A DNA stretch of 64,000 nt from assembly GCA_052279835.1 (NCBI GenBank), contig CP181291.1, positions 1,664,001-1,728,000 of the forward strand, in the 5' to 3' direction. Positions 46,543 through 57,729 of the stretch are shown piece by piece (the first letter of the stretch is position 1; the number at the start of each line of letters is the position of its first letter). The position numbers and the translations under genes are program-made. This DNA comes from Microcoleus sp. Its GTDB lineage: Bacteria; Cyanobacteriota; Cyanobacteriia; Cyanobacteriales; Microcoleaceae. A model generated the notes under the pieces. The model had not been told where the DNA came from. It saw only the letters and a list, made by a program, of their open reading frames with translations, and searched no databases.

Positions 46543-47847
46543 CTACTTCTTTATAATTATTCGCTGAAATTTCACTCGCAAACCGTCGCGGGGATGGGGA
46601 GTTGGTACTCTGATTAAATTCAAATCTTGATCTGGTAAAAGTTCCCAGTCGCATTCCCGAATCATCCTCGCTGCAAACAATTTCATTTCTAATCTGGCAA
46701 ATTCTTTGCCCAAACATTCTCGCAAACCGCCGCCAAATGGCACGTAGGTGAAAGGTTTAGCCGATCGCTCGGAGTTAAATCGATCGGGATTGAAGCGATC
46801 GGGTTCAGGATAAACTGTGGCATCTTGATGGGTTTGATTTATTTCATAAAGCACGCTCCAACCTTTAGGAATTTCATAGCCACCGAACTCACAAGCATTA
46901 ATTACTGTCCGAAAACCACCTCCCACCGGTGGCACTAAACGCAGCACTTCTCGCAGCACCTGTTCTAAATAGGTCATTTGTTTGAGTTGCTCTAAGGTTA
47001 GCGGTTCTGTAGTGGGGAACTGCTGTTGTTCGGCTCGCACTTTTGCCATCACGTCGGGATGTTGAGCTAGGAGAAGACAAAAAGAGGCGATCGCCGAAGT
47101 TAGAGTCTCGTGTCCCGCAAACAACAGCAGCAGCACTTGGTCTTTTAACTCCTCCACACTCAAACTATTTCCCTCATCATCGCGAGCCGAAATTAGCAAA
47201 CCTAAAGCATCATTACCACCTGGGATTCCTTGTTGGCGATCGCGAATAATATTTTCCAGTTCTGCTAACAGTAAATTTCTGCTATTCTTAGCTTTTCCAA
47301 ACAGAGTCCAAGGGACATCTAAAGGAATAGAAAATAAACCATTACACCAAGCTTCAAAATAATTTCCCAGCGCCGTTTCCGAACCAGAATCAATACCAAC
47401 TAACAACTTACCAGCAACATCAAAAGTATAATTTCTCAGTTCTGGATACCAGGCGAACTCGCTCATTTCCGTCCACCTTTCCAAATAGCGCTGAGTGATA
47501 TCTTCCATAGCCTCAATGTACCCAGCCAGGGCCCGTGGCTGAAATGCTTGGTATAGCAACTTACGCCGATTTTGGTGGTCAGCACCAGTTTGCAGCGCCA
47601 AGGAAAGTGGCCCTAAAAGCGCTTTCGTGCTGGGAGGCCAACTCACCACAAAATATTGATTTTCATGGCTTAAAACAAACAAATTCGCCTCCTGACCGCA
47701 CATAAAGACTGTAGGCTGTCCGAAAATGCTGGTTTTGAAAATATTTCCGTACTGCTGGTGGCGTTTTTTGGCAAATTGCGAATCTCGCAAAAAGTTGAGG
47801 GTATCGCCCATGAGTGGTAAACCGAAACTGCCGGGAGGTAATGCCAT
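46543..47847 (-). CDS. cytochrome P450 (CYP120-like; probable start 47847)
   Basis: PPGSFGLP, AGHET, EVLR, FGGGLRECLG heme motif. Confidence 0.93.
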   Translation of the reverse strand: MALPPGSFGLPLMGDTLNFLRDSQFAKKRHQQYGNIFKTSIFGQPTVFMCGQEANLFVLSHENQYFVVSWPPSTKALLGPLSLALQTGADHQNRRKLLYQAFQPRALAGYIEAMEDITQRYLERWTEMSEFAWYPELRNYTFDVAGKLLVGIDSGSETALGNYFEAWCNGLFSIPLDVPWTLFGKAKNSRNLLLAELENIIRDRQQGIPGGNDALGLLISARDDEGNSLSVEELKDQVLLLLFAGHETLTSAIASFCLLLAQHPDVMAKVRAEQQQFPTTEPLTLEQLKQMTYLEQVLREVLRLVPPVGGGFRTVINACEFGGYEIPKGWSVLYEINQTHQDATVYPEPDRFNPDRFNSERSAKPFTYVPFGGGLRECLGKEFARLEMKLFAARMIRECDWELLPDQDLNLIRVPTPHPRDGLRVKFQRIIIKK

Positions 47848-48426
47848 GTTAGATTTTAGATTGGAGTAAAGGGAATTGGGAATTGGGAATTGGGAATTGG
47901 TCAACCCCCCCTGCCCCAGCAGGGTGGATTTATAGTCGAAAAAATAAACTAAGCCGCTAGGGCAATTTGAGCATACTATGTGAAGGATTTAACTGGTTTT
48001 TCTCGATTAGACCAATCGAAAAGTAACTCAGAAACATTTTCAAGTTGGTTAGCCATAAATCTTAAAGCTTGTGTAAGAGTATTCGTAGCAATCATCACTC
48101 GCCAAAGATACTAAAAACTGTACATAAACCCTATAAAATTATGGTTAGTATCAGCCCTAGGGAATGCCTACTTCCTCTGGCTTGTGGATAGTGTGGTACT
48201 GCAATAATAGCTTCAATTAAATTCATTAGAGATGCACGCCGGTTAGGATACTATTTGCGATCGGGTCTGACCCGATCGCCTCTTCTATGATAAGTTCATC
48301 CTCTGACAATCAATCCACTCTGCCTTGGGGGGGCTGGGGGTTTCTTGCTTGGGGGGTTCTTCCTTAGCCTCAAGAGCGCCTTCGGGGCTCATTTAATCTT
48401 ACTACCTATAGCAAAAAGTGCTAACA

Positions 48427-49605
48427 ATGCGAATTCTACAAATTATTCCCTCCATTTCCCTCGTCTACGGCGGCCCAAGTCAAATGGTACTCGGACTTTC
48501 GGCAGCCCTCGCTGCTAAAAACATTGATGTCACGATTATCACCACAAATTCTAACGGAGATATCGGTCAACTTCCCTTAGAGGTTCCTCTCAATCAACCC
48601 CTAGAACAAAACGGCTATCAGATTATTTATTTTCGCTGTTATCCCTGGCGCAGATATAAATTTTCCCTCTCATTATTGCAGTGGTTAAATGCTCATGCAC
48701 ACCAATTTAACCTAGCTCATATTCATGCTCTTTTCTCACCAGTAACTACCCTCGCTGCTACCATTGCTAGATATCACCATTTACCCTATATTATCCGTCC
48801 CTGCGGTATGCTCGATCCGGCGGATTTACAGAAAAAAAAGCTATTAAAACAGATTTATGGTACTGTTTTAGAACGTCCTAATTTATCAGGGGCCGCCGCT
48901 ATTCATTTCACCAGTAAAGAAGAGGCTAAGATCTCAGCAAGATTTGGTTTGGATGGCCCAGATAAGATGCCTAGGCCACTGGATTTGGTGATTCCCTTGG
49001 GGGTGACACCCGGTTTGTTTTCTCATAAATTGCGAGCATCTTCAGTACCAACTATCTTATTTATGTCGCGCATTGAACCGAAAAAAGGGCTGGATTTGCT
49101 ACTTCCGGCTTTAGAAAGTATTTGGAAATCGCACATCAAGTTTCATTTTATTTTGGCTGGTTCAAATCCCCAAGATGCCGATTATGAAACAGGAATCCAA
49201 CTAAAAATACAGAATTCTATTTTAGCACAATGTACAACAATTACTGGTTTTGTGAGTGGTGATTTAAAATTGGAACTATTGACAAATGCTGACTTATTTG
49301 TATTGCCTTCCTATTACGAAAACTTTGGTATTGCTGTAGCAGAAGCAATGGCTGCTAGTGTACCTGTGGTGATTTCCGATCGCGTTCATATTTCCGAAGA
49401 CATACAGCAAGCAGAAGCTGGTTGGGTTGGCCCTCTGGAAGTTGGGGCGATCGCCCATTTAATCAAATCAGCACTTCTCGATCCAGATGAGCGCCAACGG
49501 CGGGGATTGAATGGCAGAGAATACGCTAACAAGCACTATAATTGGGAGGCGATCGCCCAACAAACCATCGATGCTTACCAGCACATTTTGTCACCTATTA
49601 ACTAA
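48427..49605 (+). CDS. GT4 glycosyltransferase (HpsP-like)
   Basis: YGGPSQMV, SRIEPKKG, LFVLPSYYENFGIAVAEAM. Confidence 0.88.
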   Translation: MRILQIIPSISLVYGGPSQMVLGLSAALAAKNIDVTIITTNSNGDIGQLPLEVPLNQPLEQNGYQIIYFRCYPWRRYKFSLSLLQWLNAHAHQFNLAHIHALFSPVTTLAATIARYHHLPYIIRPCGMLDPADLQKKKLLKQIYGTVLERPNLSGAAAIHFTSKEEAKISARFGLDGPDKMPRPLDLVIPLGVTPGLFSHKLRASSVPTILFMSRIEPKKGLDLLLPALESIWKSHIKFHFILAGSNPQDADYETGIQLKIQNSILAQCTTITGFVSGDLKLELLTNADLFVLPSYYENFGIAVAEAMAASVPVVISDRVHISEDIQQAEAGWVGPLEVGAIAHLIKSALLDPDERQRRGLNGREYANKHYNWEAIAQQTIDAYQHILSPIN

Positions 49606-49617
49606 CGGGACTGAAGT

Positions 49618-51583
49618 TTACCTTTTACTTCTTCTCCGGCTGCGAGTTCTGGTGCTACTGGTATTAGAAGTATCCGGTGATGGATTGATGCTGCTCTTGC
49701 TTTTAACCTCAGTAGATTCAGCGTTGGGTGCACTGTTGGCAGATTTTCTTCTAATGATAACCGGAGGGTTAAACCCTCGATTGCAGGGTCTTCCCAAGGA
49801 GTCAACATTCCTGCGATAATCGCAAATTACCACGTCGGCACTGGATTCTTGACAATCATTGATAAAGGTTTTTGCTAATTGGTAATTGTTGTCATCTCTC
49901 TGCTGGGAAAACAGTTCCTTAGCTTGGTTAAAATCCGCTACTGCTTCCGATTTTGTACCCAACATACAGCGAATAGCACCTCGTTCCAAATAAGCCAAAC
50001 CATAATTAGGATTAACGCGAATAGCTTGTTCGTAACTGCCGATCGCCTTTTGTTTATCTCCCAATTCATAATATACTTGACCGCGACCCAAATAGGCTTC
50101 TGCCAAGTTAGGATTAAATTGCAGCGCTCGATCGTAATTGTAAATTGCCTGCTGTTTGTTTCCCTGTTTTGAACTAGCGATTCCCAATCCGAGGTAAGCT
50201 TGAGGTATGTTGGGATTCAAATCTAAAGCCTGATTAAAGTTGAAAATAGCCCCTGAAACATCTCCTTTCTGAATTTTCAAAGAACCTTGATTGCTGAAAT
50301 TTGCAGCTTTTTGAGCGATCGCAACTCTTTGATCGATCGCACCCTGATTCGCCCGGTAACTCGATAACTTATTTTGAGCTAGGCTATAAACAGGTGTACG
50401 TGGATCGATCGCTTCTAAAAGCGCGATCGACTGCTGCCATTTAGCTTGGGACTGATGCCAAACTTCCACAGTATGAGGAGGCTTTTGCACAACCACAGCA
50501 GCCTCCATCGCCAATTTTTGCGCCGTTGCGAGACTTTCTGCGGCTTGTAAATTTTGCTCAACAGGAAACCAACGTCTGGCTAAGTTGCAGCAAATCTGCC
50601 CTTGCTTGTTGATACCCACAGCCAGGTAAGTTAGGAATTTTATCTAAAGAAGCGATCGCTTCTTTAAGGCGTTTATGGAAACTTCTCAGCAGATTGACAT
50701 CGGTTGCTGTCACAGCATTCTGGGTTTCAGCTAGCAATATTTTCGATTGCTTGAGTGTGGAATCGGCTGCTTGAGTTAAGGCGATCGCACCGGCACTGAT
50801 TCCCAACACCAAAACCCCTAAACTTGCGGCTAACGCTAGGGGTATTTTAGGAATTACCCAATTAACTTGATTGTGAGTGGGCGATCGCACCGAGAGCCCC
50901 TCGCCGGCAGTTTCCGCCTCTGACTCCACCTCCAACTCCCAAGCCGGAAACTGTAAATCATCCCCTGCTGTTACCGCCGCCAATTCATTAGTAATTGGCA
51001 CCTGATTATTCCTATTTGTAGGGCGATACTTGTCAACCAAACCCTGCAATCCTACTTGATATCCTTGGGATACCCCATGAAATATCCACTCTCCATTTTT
51101 TCGAGACAAATGGCCCAATTCTATAGCCGTCTCTTGCTGCCAATTCTCGGTTAATTCATATCGAACCAGTTCCTTCCCCGTATCCAAATTTAAAATTTTG
51201 ATTGCAGGACTTTTGATGTTGCTAAAACTTGCATTAATTTGCTGTGAGTCGTGAATAGTAACTGCAAAAGTTATGGCCTGAATTTGGGGATTAATTTTAT
51301 CTAAAATCACCCCATAAGTCGTCTTATTTTTTTTACCTCCTTTGCGGCGATCGGGAATAGATTGCAGTACGGAACCATCACAGGATTTGAGATTATTGTA
51401 AAATATAAAATATTCATCATTAGGTATTTTGCCATCAGCACCTAGCATAAACGCCGAGACATCAATATCGTAGTTTTCTCCAGCCTCTGTCACCTGCCAA
51501 TCCAGGGCGATCGCCATTTTTTTTAAATCCGGGGCTGCTTTAGAGAGATTAAATGTTGCACCCTGAGCTAACTGCACTGCCAT
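49618..51583 (-). CDS. TerD-domain/TM/TPR protein split by an apparent +1 frameshift at 50566-50568
   Basis: TerD motifs (DIDVSAF, FIFYNN, VTIHD, RKNGEW); removing one T joins QTLV to PVEQNLQ and the TPR ORF. Confidence 0.75.
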
Positions 51584-51786
51584 CTGCTTATTTGTCAACG
51601 ATCGGATTTTGTAGCGACTATCTTAATATTAATTTCCACTATAAATGTTGACTTGTAATAAGTTTTAATATTTTGAATAAGCTAGAGTAATTAGCGTAAT
51701 TTAGGGAGACTTACTTACATAGAATCACCTACGTAAAAACCGGGCTTTTTCCAAAACCCGGTCGATAAAATGGATTGAATTTGATG

Positions 51787-52212
51787 CTAATTTTGAGCTG
51801 ATTTCGTAGCAGGCGGTAGACTTACAAAGTTACCAAAGACTCCCACTGTTTGATAGCTTTTTTTGCCGACTTCAGTGGTGTAAATACTGACTACCCCTAA
51901 ATTTTCTCGCTGGGTTGTATTGTCGAGCAATTGTTCGATGGTACTGCGCTGGGAAGTCAGCAAATTTTTGCAACTGCCGATCAAAGTATCTGTAACACCG
52001 GTTAGAGCTTTAGGAATGCGAGAATCTTTACAGACAGTGCTTTCGAGCTCTGTTTCCAGTTTGCCAGAAGCATAAGTTAGGTATTTGTCTCTGGAAGGAT
52101 TTGTAAAGGCCATACCGGCGGCGAGTATTGTCAGGGCGATCGCCACTTTGCCTACATTGCCAAAAAAATTAGAAGTTGGCTTTTGAGTATTCATGGGTTT
52201 ATCAATAATCAT
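51787..52212 (-). CDS. DUF4359 family protein
   Basis: MAFTNPS...Y, TQRENLGVVSIYTTE, TVGVFGNF. Confidence 0.75.
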   Translation of the reverse strand: MIIDKPMNTQKPTSNFFGNVGKVAIALTILAAGMAFTNPSRDKYLTYASGKLETELESTVCKDSRIPKALTGVTDTLIGSCKNLLTSQRSTIEQLLDNTTQRENLGVVSIYTTEVGKKSYQTVGVFGNFVSLPPATKSAQN

Positions 52213-52447
52213 TTTTTACCTAGCCCGGTTGAGTTATAAGCTTATCTTGATTTAAACTACACTTTCTAGGAAACGGATTTCAGAAAGGAGAGGACAGTTT
52301 TTAGATTGGAGGCAAGTTGGGAGTAAGTCTCTAGCTTGTCCACCTTCCTTGTACCTTCATCTTGGTGGCAAATCCGCATAAATCTAGGTACCAGCTCACA
52401 GATTGTCTCAATGGGTTTCAAGGAGACGAAAATTTTAAAATGTAGAG

Positions 52448-53471
<1,024 letters not shown>

Positions 53472-53737
53472 AGCGGTTCCTGAAACCCTTACCAGATAAC
53501 CATCCCTAGTCGATTTTACAAGCACCTCCCGCTTAATAGCAACAAAATCTCAAAAAAAGCCAAAAACTAGCCATAAAACCCAAATCCCAATTCTCTCAAA
53601 CCCTTACCCTGTCTAACATCCAGAGTTTTGCAAGCACCTCCCGAACCCTAAAAAAGGCTGAAACCTAGATAGGACAAGGGTTTGCAGCCATACAACCTCA
53701 AAAAAAAATTCCACAAGCAGAGGTGCTTGCATTTTCC
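53472..53737 (-). promoter_or_regulatory. CRISPR leader with repeated motifs
   Basis: Lies between cas2 and the array; AAACCCTTACC x2, CAAGCACCTCCCG x2 plus an inverted GAGGTGCTTG. Confidence 0.8.
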
Positions 53738-54037
53738 TCAAACCAGCCGATAGGAATCTCCCAATGGCGGCCAAGCACCAGGGCGGTTGTAAGCACAAAG
53801 CGTACTCGCACACTGATGAGACAAACGGACAAGCAACAAACTATCCTCCGATGCCAACACCTTCTCCAACTCCCATCGCAACTTTTCTCGCTCCCGCTGA
53901 CTCAGCCAAGCACGAAAAATCGAATATTGGATTCTTTCACCATAACCTTGCAGCAAGCTATAAGCCTTTCGCCAGCGTTTTTGGCAACGAATATCGTAGG
54001 TAATTAGATACCAATTTTTTGCTTCAGCCATTGTCAC
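53738..54037 (-). CDS. cas2: CRISPR-associated endonuclease Cas2
   Basis: YLITYDI, RIQYSIF motifs; adjacent to cas1. Confidence 0.95.
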   Translation of the reverse strand: MTMAEAKNWYLITYDIRCQKRWRKAYSLLQGYGERIQYSIFRAWLSQREREKLRWELEKVLASEDSLLLVRLSHQCASTLCAYNRPGAWPPLGDSYRLV

Positions 54038-54040
54038 ACC

Positions 54041-55709
54041 TCACCGCACAATCAATTGTGCAAATAAACCACCCTCACCCATCCATTCCTTTTCCAAAAG
54101 ACGTACTTCTAACTCCAACAAACGACGATAGGTAAGAGAATAACCAGTCACAGGATGCTTCCAAGTTTCCTGCTTACGACCTTCGTATAACTCCACTATC
54201 CTGCGTCGCCCCGCATCACTTAACCAAACCTGTTCTCCCCTCACCTCAAAATCAGTTTGGGGTTGCCATTGCCCTCGGTTAATTGAACCCATAACCACCA
54301 TATCCACCAAAGGAACGCGGAAAATTTCCATCAAATCTAAAGCTAAAGGTGAGGCTTGAGAACGAGGTTGGTGATAGAAACCTAAAGCTGGTTCTAAACC
54401 CACACTGAGGATGGCATTCATCACATCTTTCAGGAGCAAAGCATAGCCAAAACTCAACAAAGCATTAAATCGATCCTTGGGCGGGCGACGGTTACGACCA
54501 CAAAAATGCAACAGGGGAGAAACATCATTACCAATCAAATAAGGTAAGGCTCCAAAATATAGCGCAGCCAAGTTTCCTTCTAATCCTAATAAGTTTTCTA
54601 GACCTTTGGCTTTGGGAACTTGAGCCAGAACAATTTTCATTTGATTAATCGCTTTTTTTAGCTCCTCTGATGCTTCCTTGCCCCGTCCACCGCGCATTAA
54701 AAATTTGCGCTGTCCTTGACCCCGACAAATAACTAATTTTCGGGCTAATTCCAAACATTTTTCCGAATTACTCAGTGCTGCATATTGACGAATTCGACGC
54801 TGAATGCTGCCACCACGAGCATCGAAACTTCCCACATAGCGTCCCCCGCCAGAAACAAAGTGAATTCCGATCGCCTGTTCGGTGCAAAAATACAAAGCTT
54901 GGGTGGAAATTTGGGAGAAACTATGGAGGACAATTTGACCGATTTGCCGGCCTGGTAGGATTTCTGTAGGCTGATGGCGGCGAGATATTTTGATTTGTTC
55001 TCCGCAGCGCCCTACTGCTGTTCCTGGTTCTAAAACATGAATAATTTGTCGTTCGTCGTCTTCAGGAAACAAGCGAATGGGCTGCCATTCTCGATTATGG
55101 GCAAGTCGAGCTTCTTCTGGCAAGCAAACTGGAGCAAGGGAGCAGCGGGTACAGAGGCGCTCGTTGTCGGTGACTGGTGGGCGACAGGGGGACTGGCGGA
55201 GCGATCGCGCTTGTTCTATAGCCTCTCTCACCGCAGTGCGCCCTGCATCATCAAGGGGGACGCGCACCATCACATTATCAGCGTGGTAGCGGATGCGCCC
55301 TTCTGGGACAGAAATACCCTTGGCTAATTCAATCAACCAAGCATAACTGAGAATTTGCAGGCGATCGCTCTCCCAAGCTTGGGGCTGATTATGTGCATCT
55401 CGGTGACAGCGCCCCCGTTTGTGCTCGTAGGGAATGGTTTCCCCATCACGAGTGCGAAGGGCATCTAGGCGGCCGCGCAACCCCAATTCTTCACTTTCGA
55501 GGTACAATTCTTCCCACTCTTCATCCTCGTGTTTTTCCAGTTTCTGCGTGCAGTCGGCGGCCAGCGAATACTGCCGCATCTTGGGTGTGGAGTTCTTCTA
55601 CTTCTTCGAGGTAGAAAAGGCGGGGACAGTAGGCAAAAGCATGGAGGGCACAAACACGAATAGTGCTTTGTTTTGGGGGTAAAAAAGAGTCAATTTCAAG
55701 TGCTTGCAT
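54041..55709 (-). CDS. cas1: Cas4-Cas1 fusion (Myxan type); apparent +1 frameshift at 55541-55543
   Basis: YCPRLFY, EHKRG, C..CSL..VC Cas4 motifs; GLEG, NALLSFGY, GFYH, LDLMEIFR Cas1 motifs; removing one A restores RLHAELEKHED. Confidence 0.93.
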
Positions 55710-55819
55710 AGTGAAATCTGGCTTGAGTTAAAGTTTTTCACCTGATGCTTGTTCAGGTTGAAATTACTCTAGCTATTTACCCCGGCAAAAAAGCTTCCGC
55801 TATGTCAGTCCTCAAAAGG

Positions 55820-55915
55820 TTATTGAAAAAGCACTTCTTCAGCAGAAGCATACTTACCGCTTTCTACCTGACTTTGAATGAACTGTGAACTTTCTGAATT
55901 TAACGATACATTCAT
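55820..55915 (-). pseudogene. truncated ParD-like ribbon-helix-helix antitoxin (31 aa)
   Basis: Hand translation MNVSLNSESSQFIQSQVESGKYASAEEVLFQ*. Confidence 0.65.
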
Positions 55916-55967
55916 TGATATTTACCAGTTTTATTGTCGAAAATGTTTTCATTTTAGTGCCACTTTC

Positions 55968-56003
55968 GTGGGTAAGGTTTGACGGCATCAAAGCTCATCG
56001 CAG
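55968..56003 (-). repeat. solitary degenerate CRISPR repeat 1 nt after the cas5 stop
   Basis: GTGGGTAAGGTTTGACGGCATCAAAGCTCATCGCAG aligns ungapped 23/36 to the array repeat, with a 12-nt exact core and both ends. Confidence 0.7.
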
Positions 56004-56004
56004 T

Positions 56005-56649
56005 TTACATCCGAAGATCTGCAATTAAAGTAAAGCGATCCTTTGTGGGAACTTCAGCTATAGCCTGAGAGTTGCGATCGAAATGATAACGCTGCCAGCG
56101 TGTGTGAATTGAACCAATATGGTCAACCCAAACAGGTAATTCTATCTCACCATTACTACTTGGAATCAGCCAATGCCAATTACCATTGACTGATTTTAAC
56201 AAGGAGATATCATTAACTGCATCATCACTCAAACCTAAACTGACAATTCCTGTGCGGCTAATCCGATCGGGATACTGGATAGCTTCTAATAAGCGAGCTT
56301 CAAGCGTTGGTTTTGCTTGAGATTCCTGAGAACTATCTATCCAGCATATAAAATCAATGCCACATAAAGTCTCAATATAATCTGGAGCATTTCCTAACTT
56401 GGATTGCTTACTTGCAACACCGTATTTATAGCGGCTTAGTTTTCGCAAAGTAGTGGCAATTCTAGGTTTATAGGCATAAGCAAAGGCTAAACTAACCCCT
56501 GAATGCCTTGCCCGAAAATATTCACCTACAAGAGACAGCAACATTCCGTAAATGGTAGCTGGTGGTGGGAATGGGTAAGTTTCGGCCAGCGTTCGTGCAT
56601 AGGATTTACGAAAACTGGCATAAGGAACTTCAATGTGCAATACAATCAT
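56005..56649 (-). CDS. cas5: Cas5 (DevS/Cmx5-type)
   Basis: VPYASFRK...ETYPFPPPATIYGMLLSLVG, SLGLS, LPVWVDH. Confidence 0.93.
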   Translation of the reverse strand: MIVLHIEVPYASFRKSYARTLAETYPFPPPATIYGMLLSLVGEYFRARHSGVSLAFAYAYKPRIATTLRKLSRYKYGVASKQSKLGNAPDYIETLCGIDFICWIDSSQESQAKPTLEARLLEAIQYPDRISRTGIVSLGLSDDAVNDISLLKSVNGNWHWLIPSSNGEIELPVWVDHIGSIHTRWQRYHFDRNSQAIAEVPTKDRFTLIADLRM

Positions 56650-56679
56650 GTTGCCTCGCCTCCTGATTAGTTTTTTAGT

Positions 56680-57699
56680 TTAGGATGCAACAATTTTGTA
56701 CTCTTCCCCAATCCCAGCAATACGCTGGCGGACTGCGTTTGCAGCAGCAATAATTCCAGGAAAAATTGCCGTCACTCCTAACTCCTTGAGTTTTTCCCCT
56801 TCTTCAGTGTGATAAACATCTCCACCAATAATTAATTCATCAACAGGGATATCTCCAGATTCAACTCGTTTGATTAGTTTTTCAATTGTATAAGTACGAT
56901 TTTTCTGATCGTGTTCAAAACAATTTTGAATTTTAGATGAATGAGCATTTGTCAATCGCAAAATGATAGATTCAGGAGAAAAATCATAAGCAAAACGGGA
57001 ATGATTTCCTGCTACTTGAGGCGGATCGATAATGGCATCAATCAGCTTGTAGATATGAGCTTTTTTCACCACATCACCCAAATTTAAAGCAAAAGAATAC
57101 TGGTATTCAGTTGTGTGCATTTCAGCACCATAGAGAGAAAGCTGCTCTTTTTTCTCTTTTTTCTTCTCTTTTTTCTTCTCTTCACTCTGTTCACTTTGGG
57201 ACTTGCAGTTAAATGATAGTTCTCCCCGATAAGGACGAAGACTAACAGCACGACCAACTGCTAGAGGACTTTGACGCTTAGTAACTGTCCCCTTGGGCTT
57301 TTCCTTTTTCTTACCTTTGGGTGCGGGTGTATCTGCTTCCTCTTCTATCTCTACTTCGTCTTCCTTCTCTTTTTCTGCTGCTTGAGCATCCATGAAACCC
57401 ATTAGATCGTCATCAATAAAAACTTGATCAGCTTTTGGGTTCCAATCTGTACGCTTTTCATCAATAGAGTTTACTTTACCAGTGGAAGAGTTGTAACTAC
57501 GATTCACAGAACCCGGATCTTCCAATTGAAAGCGATATCGCAAAGCGAAGCGAATGGCTTCAGCAGAAACGCTAGTGTGTAAGTCATCTTGATGAAAGAC
57601 TTTTTGAAGAGTAGTTGTGTTACCGATGTTATCGCCTCGGTTATTGGCTGCAACTGCTTCACTTGTCAAAATTGTGCCGTAAAGGTAATGAGTAGTCAT
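56680..57699 (-). CDS. cas7: Cas7 (DevR/Cst2-type)
   Basis: AANNRGD, VSAEAIRFALR, DDDLMGFM, VAGNHSRFAYDFSP. Confidence 0.93.
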   Translation of the reverse strand: MTTHYLYGTILTSEAVAANNRGDNIGNTTTLQKVFHQDDLHTSVSAEAIRFALRYRFQLEDPGSVNRSYNSSTGKVNSIDEKRTDWNPKADQVFIDDDLMGFMDAQAAEKEKEDEVEIEEEADTPAPKGKKKEKPKGTVTKRQSPLAVGRAVSLRPYRGELSFNCKSQSEQSEEKKKEKKKEKKEQLSLYGAEMHTTEYQYSFALNLGDVVKKAHIYKLIDAIIDPPQVAGNHSRFAYDFSPESIILRLTNAHSSKIQNCFEHDQKNRTYTIEKLIKRVESGDIPVDELIIGGDVYHTEEGEKLKELGVTAIFPGIIAAANAVRQRIAGIGEEYKIVAS

Positions 57700-57729
57700 C
57701 AGTTATTCTCCTTGTGATTTAGGTTTGGA

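Noticed and set aside
54041..55709. Cas4-Cas1 as a genuinely inactivated adaptation module
   Set aside because: The lesion is the same single-base homopolymer extension seen in sodB, desB and terD-TPR, so sequencing error is more likely; needs read check
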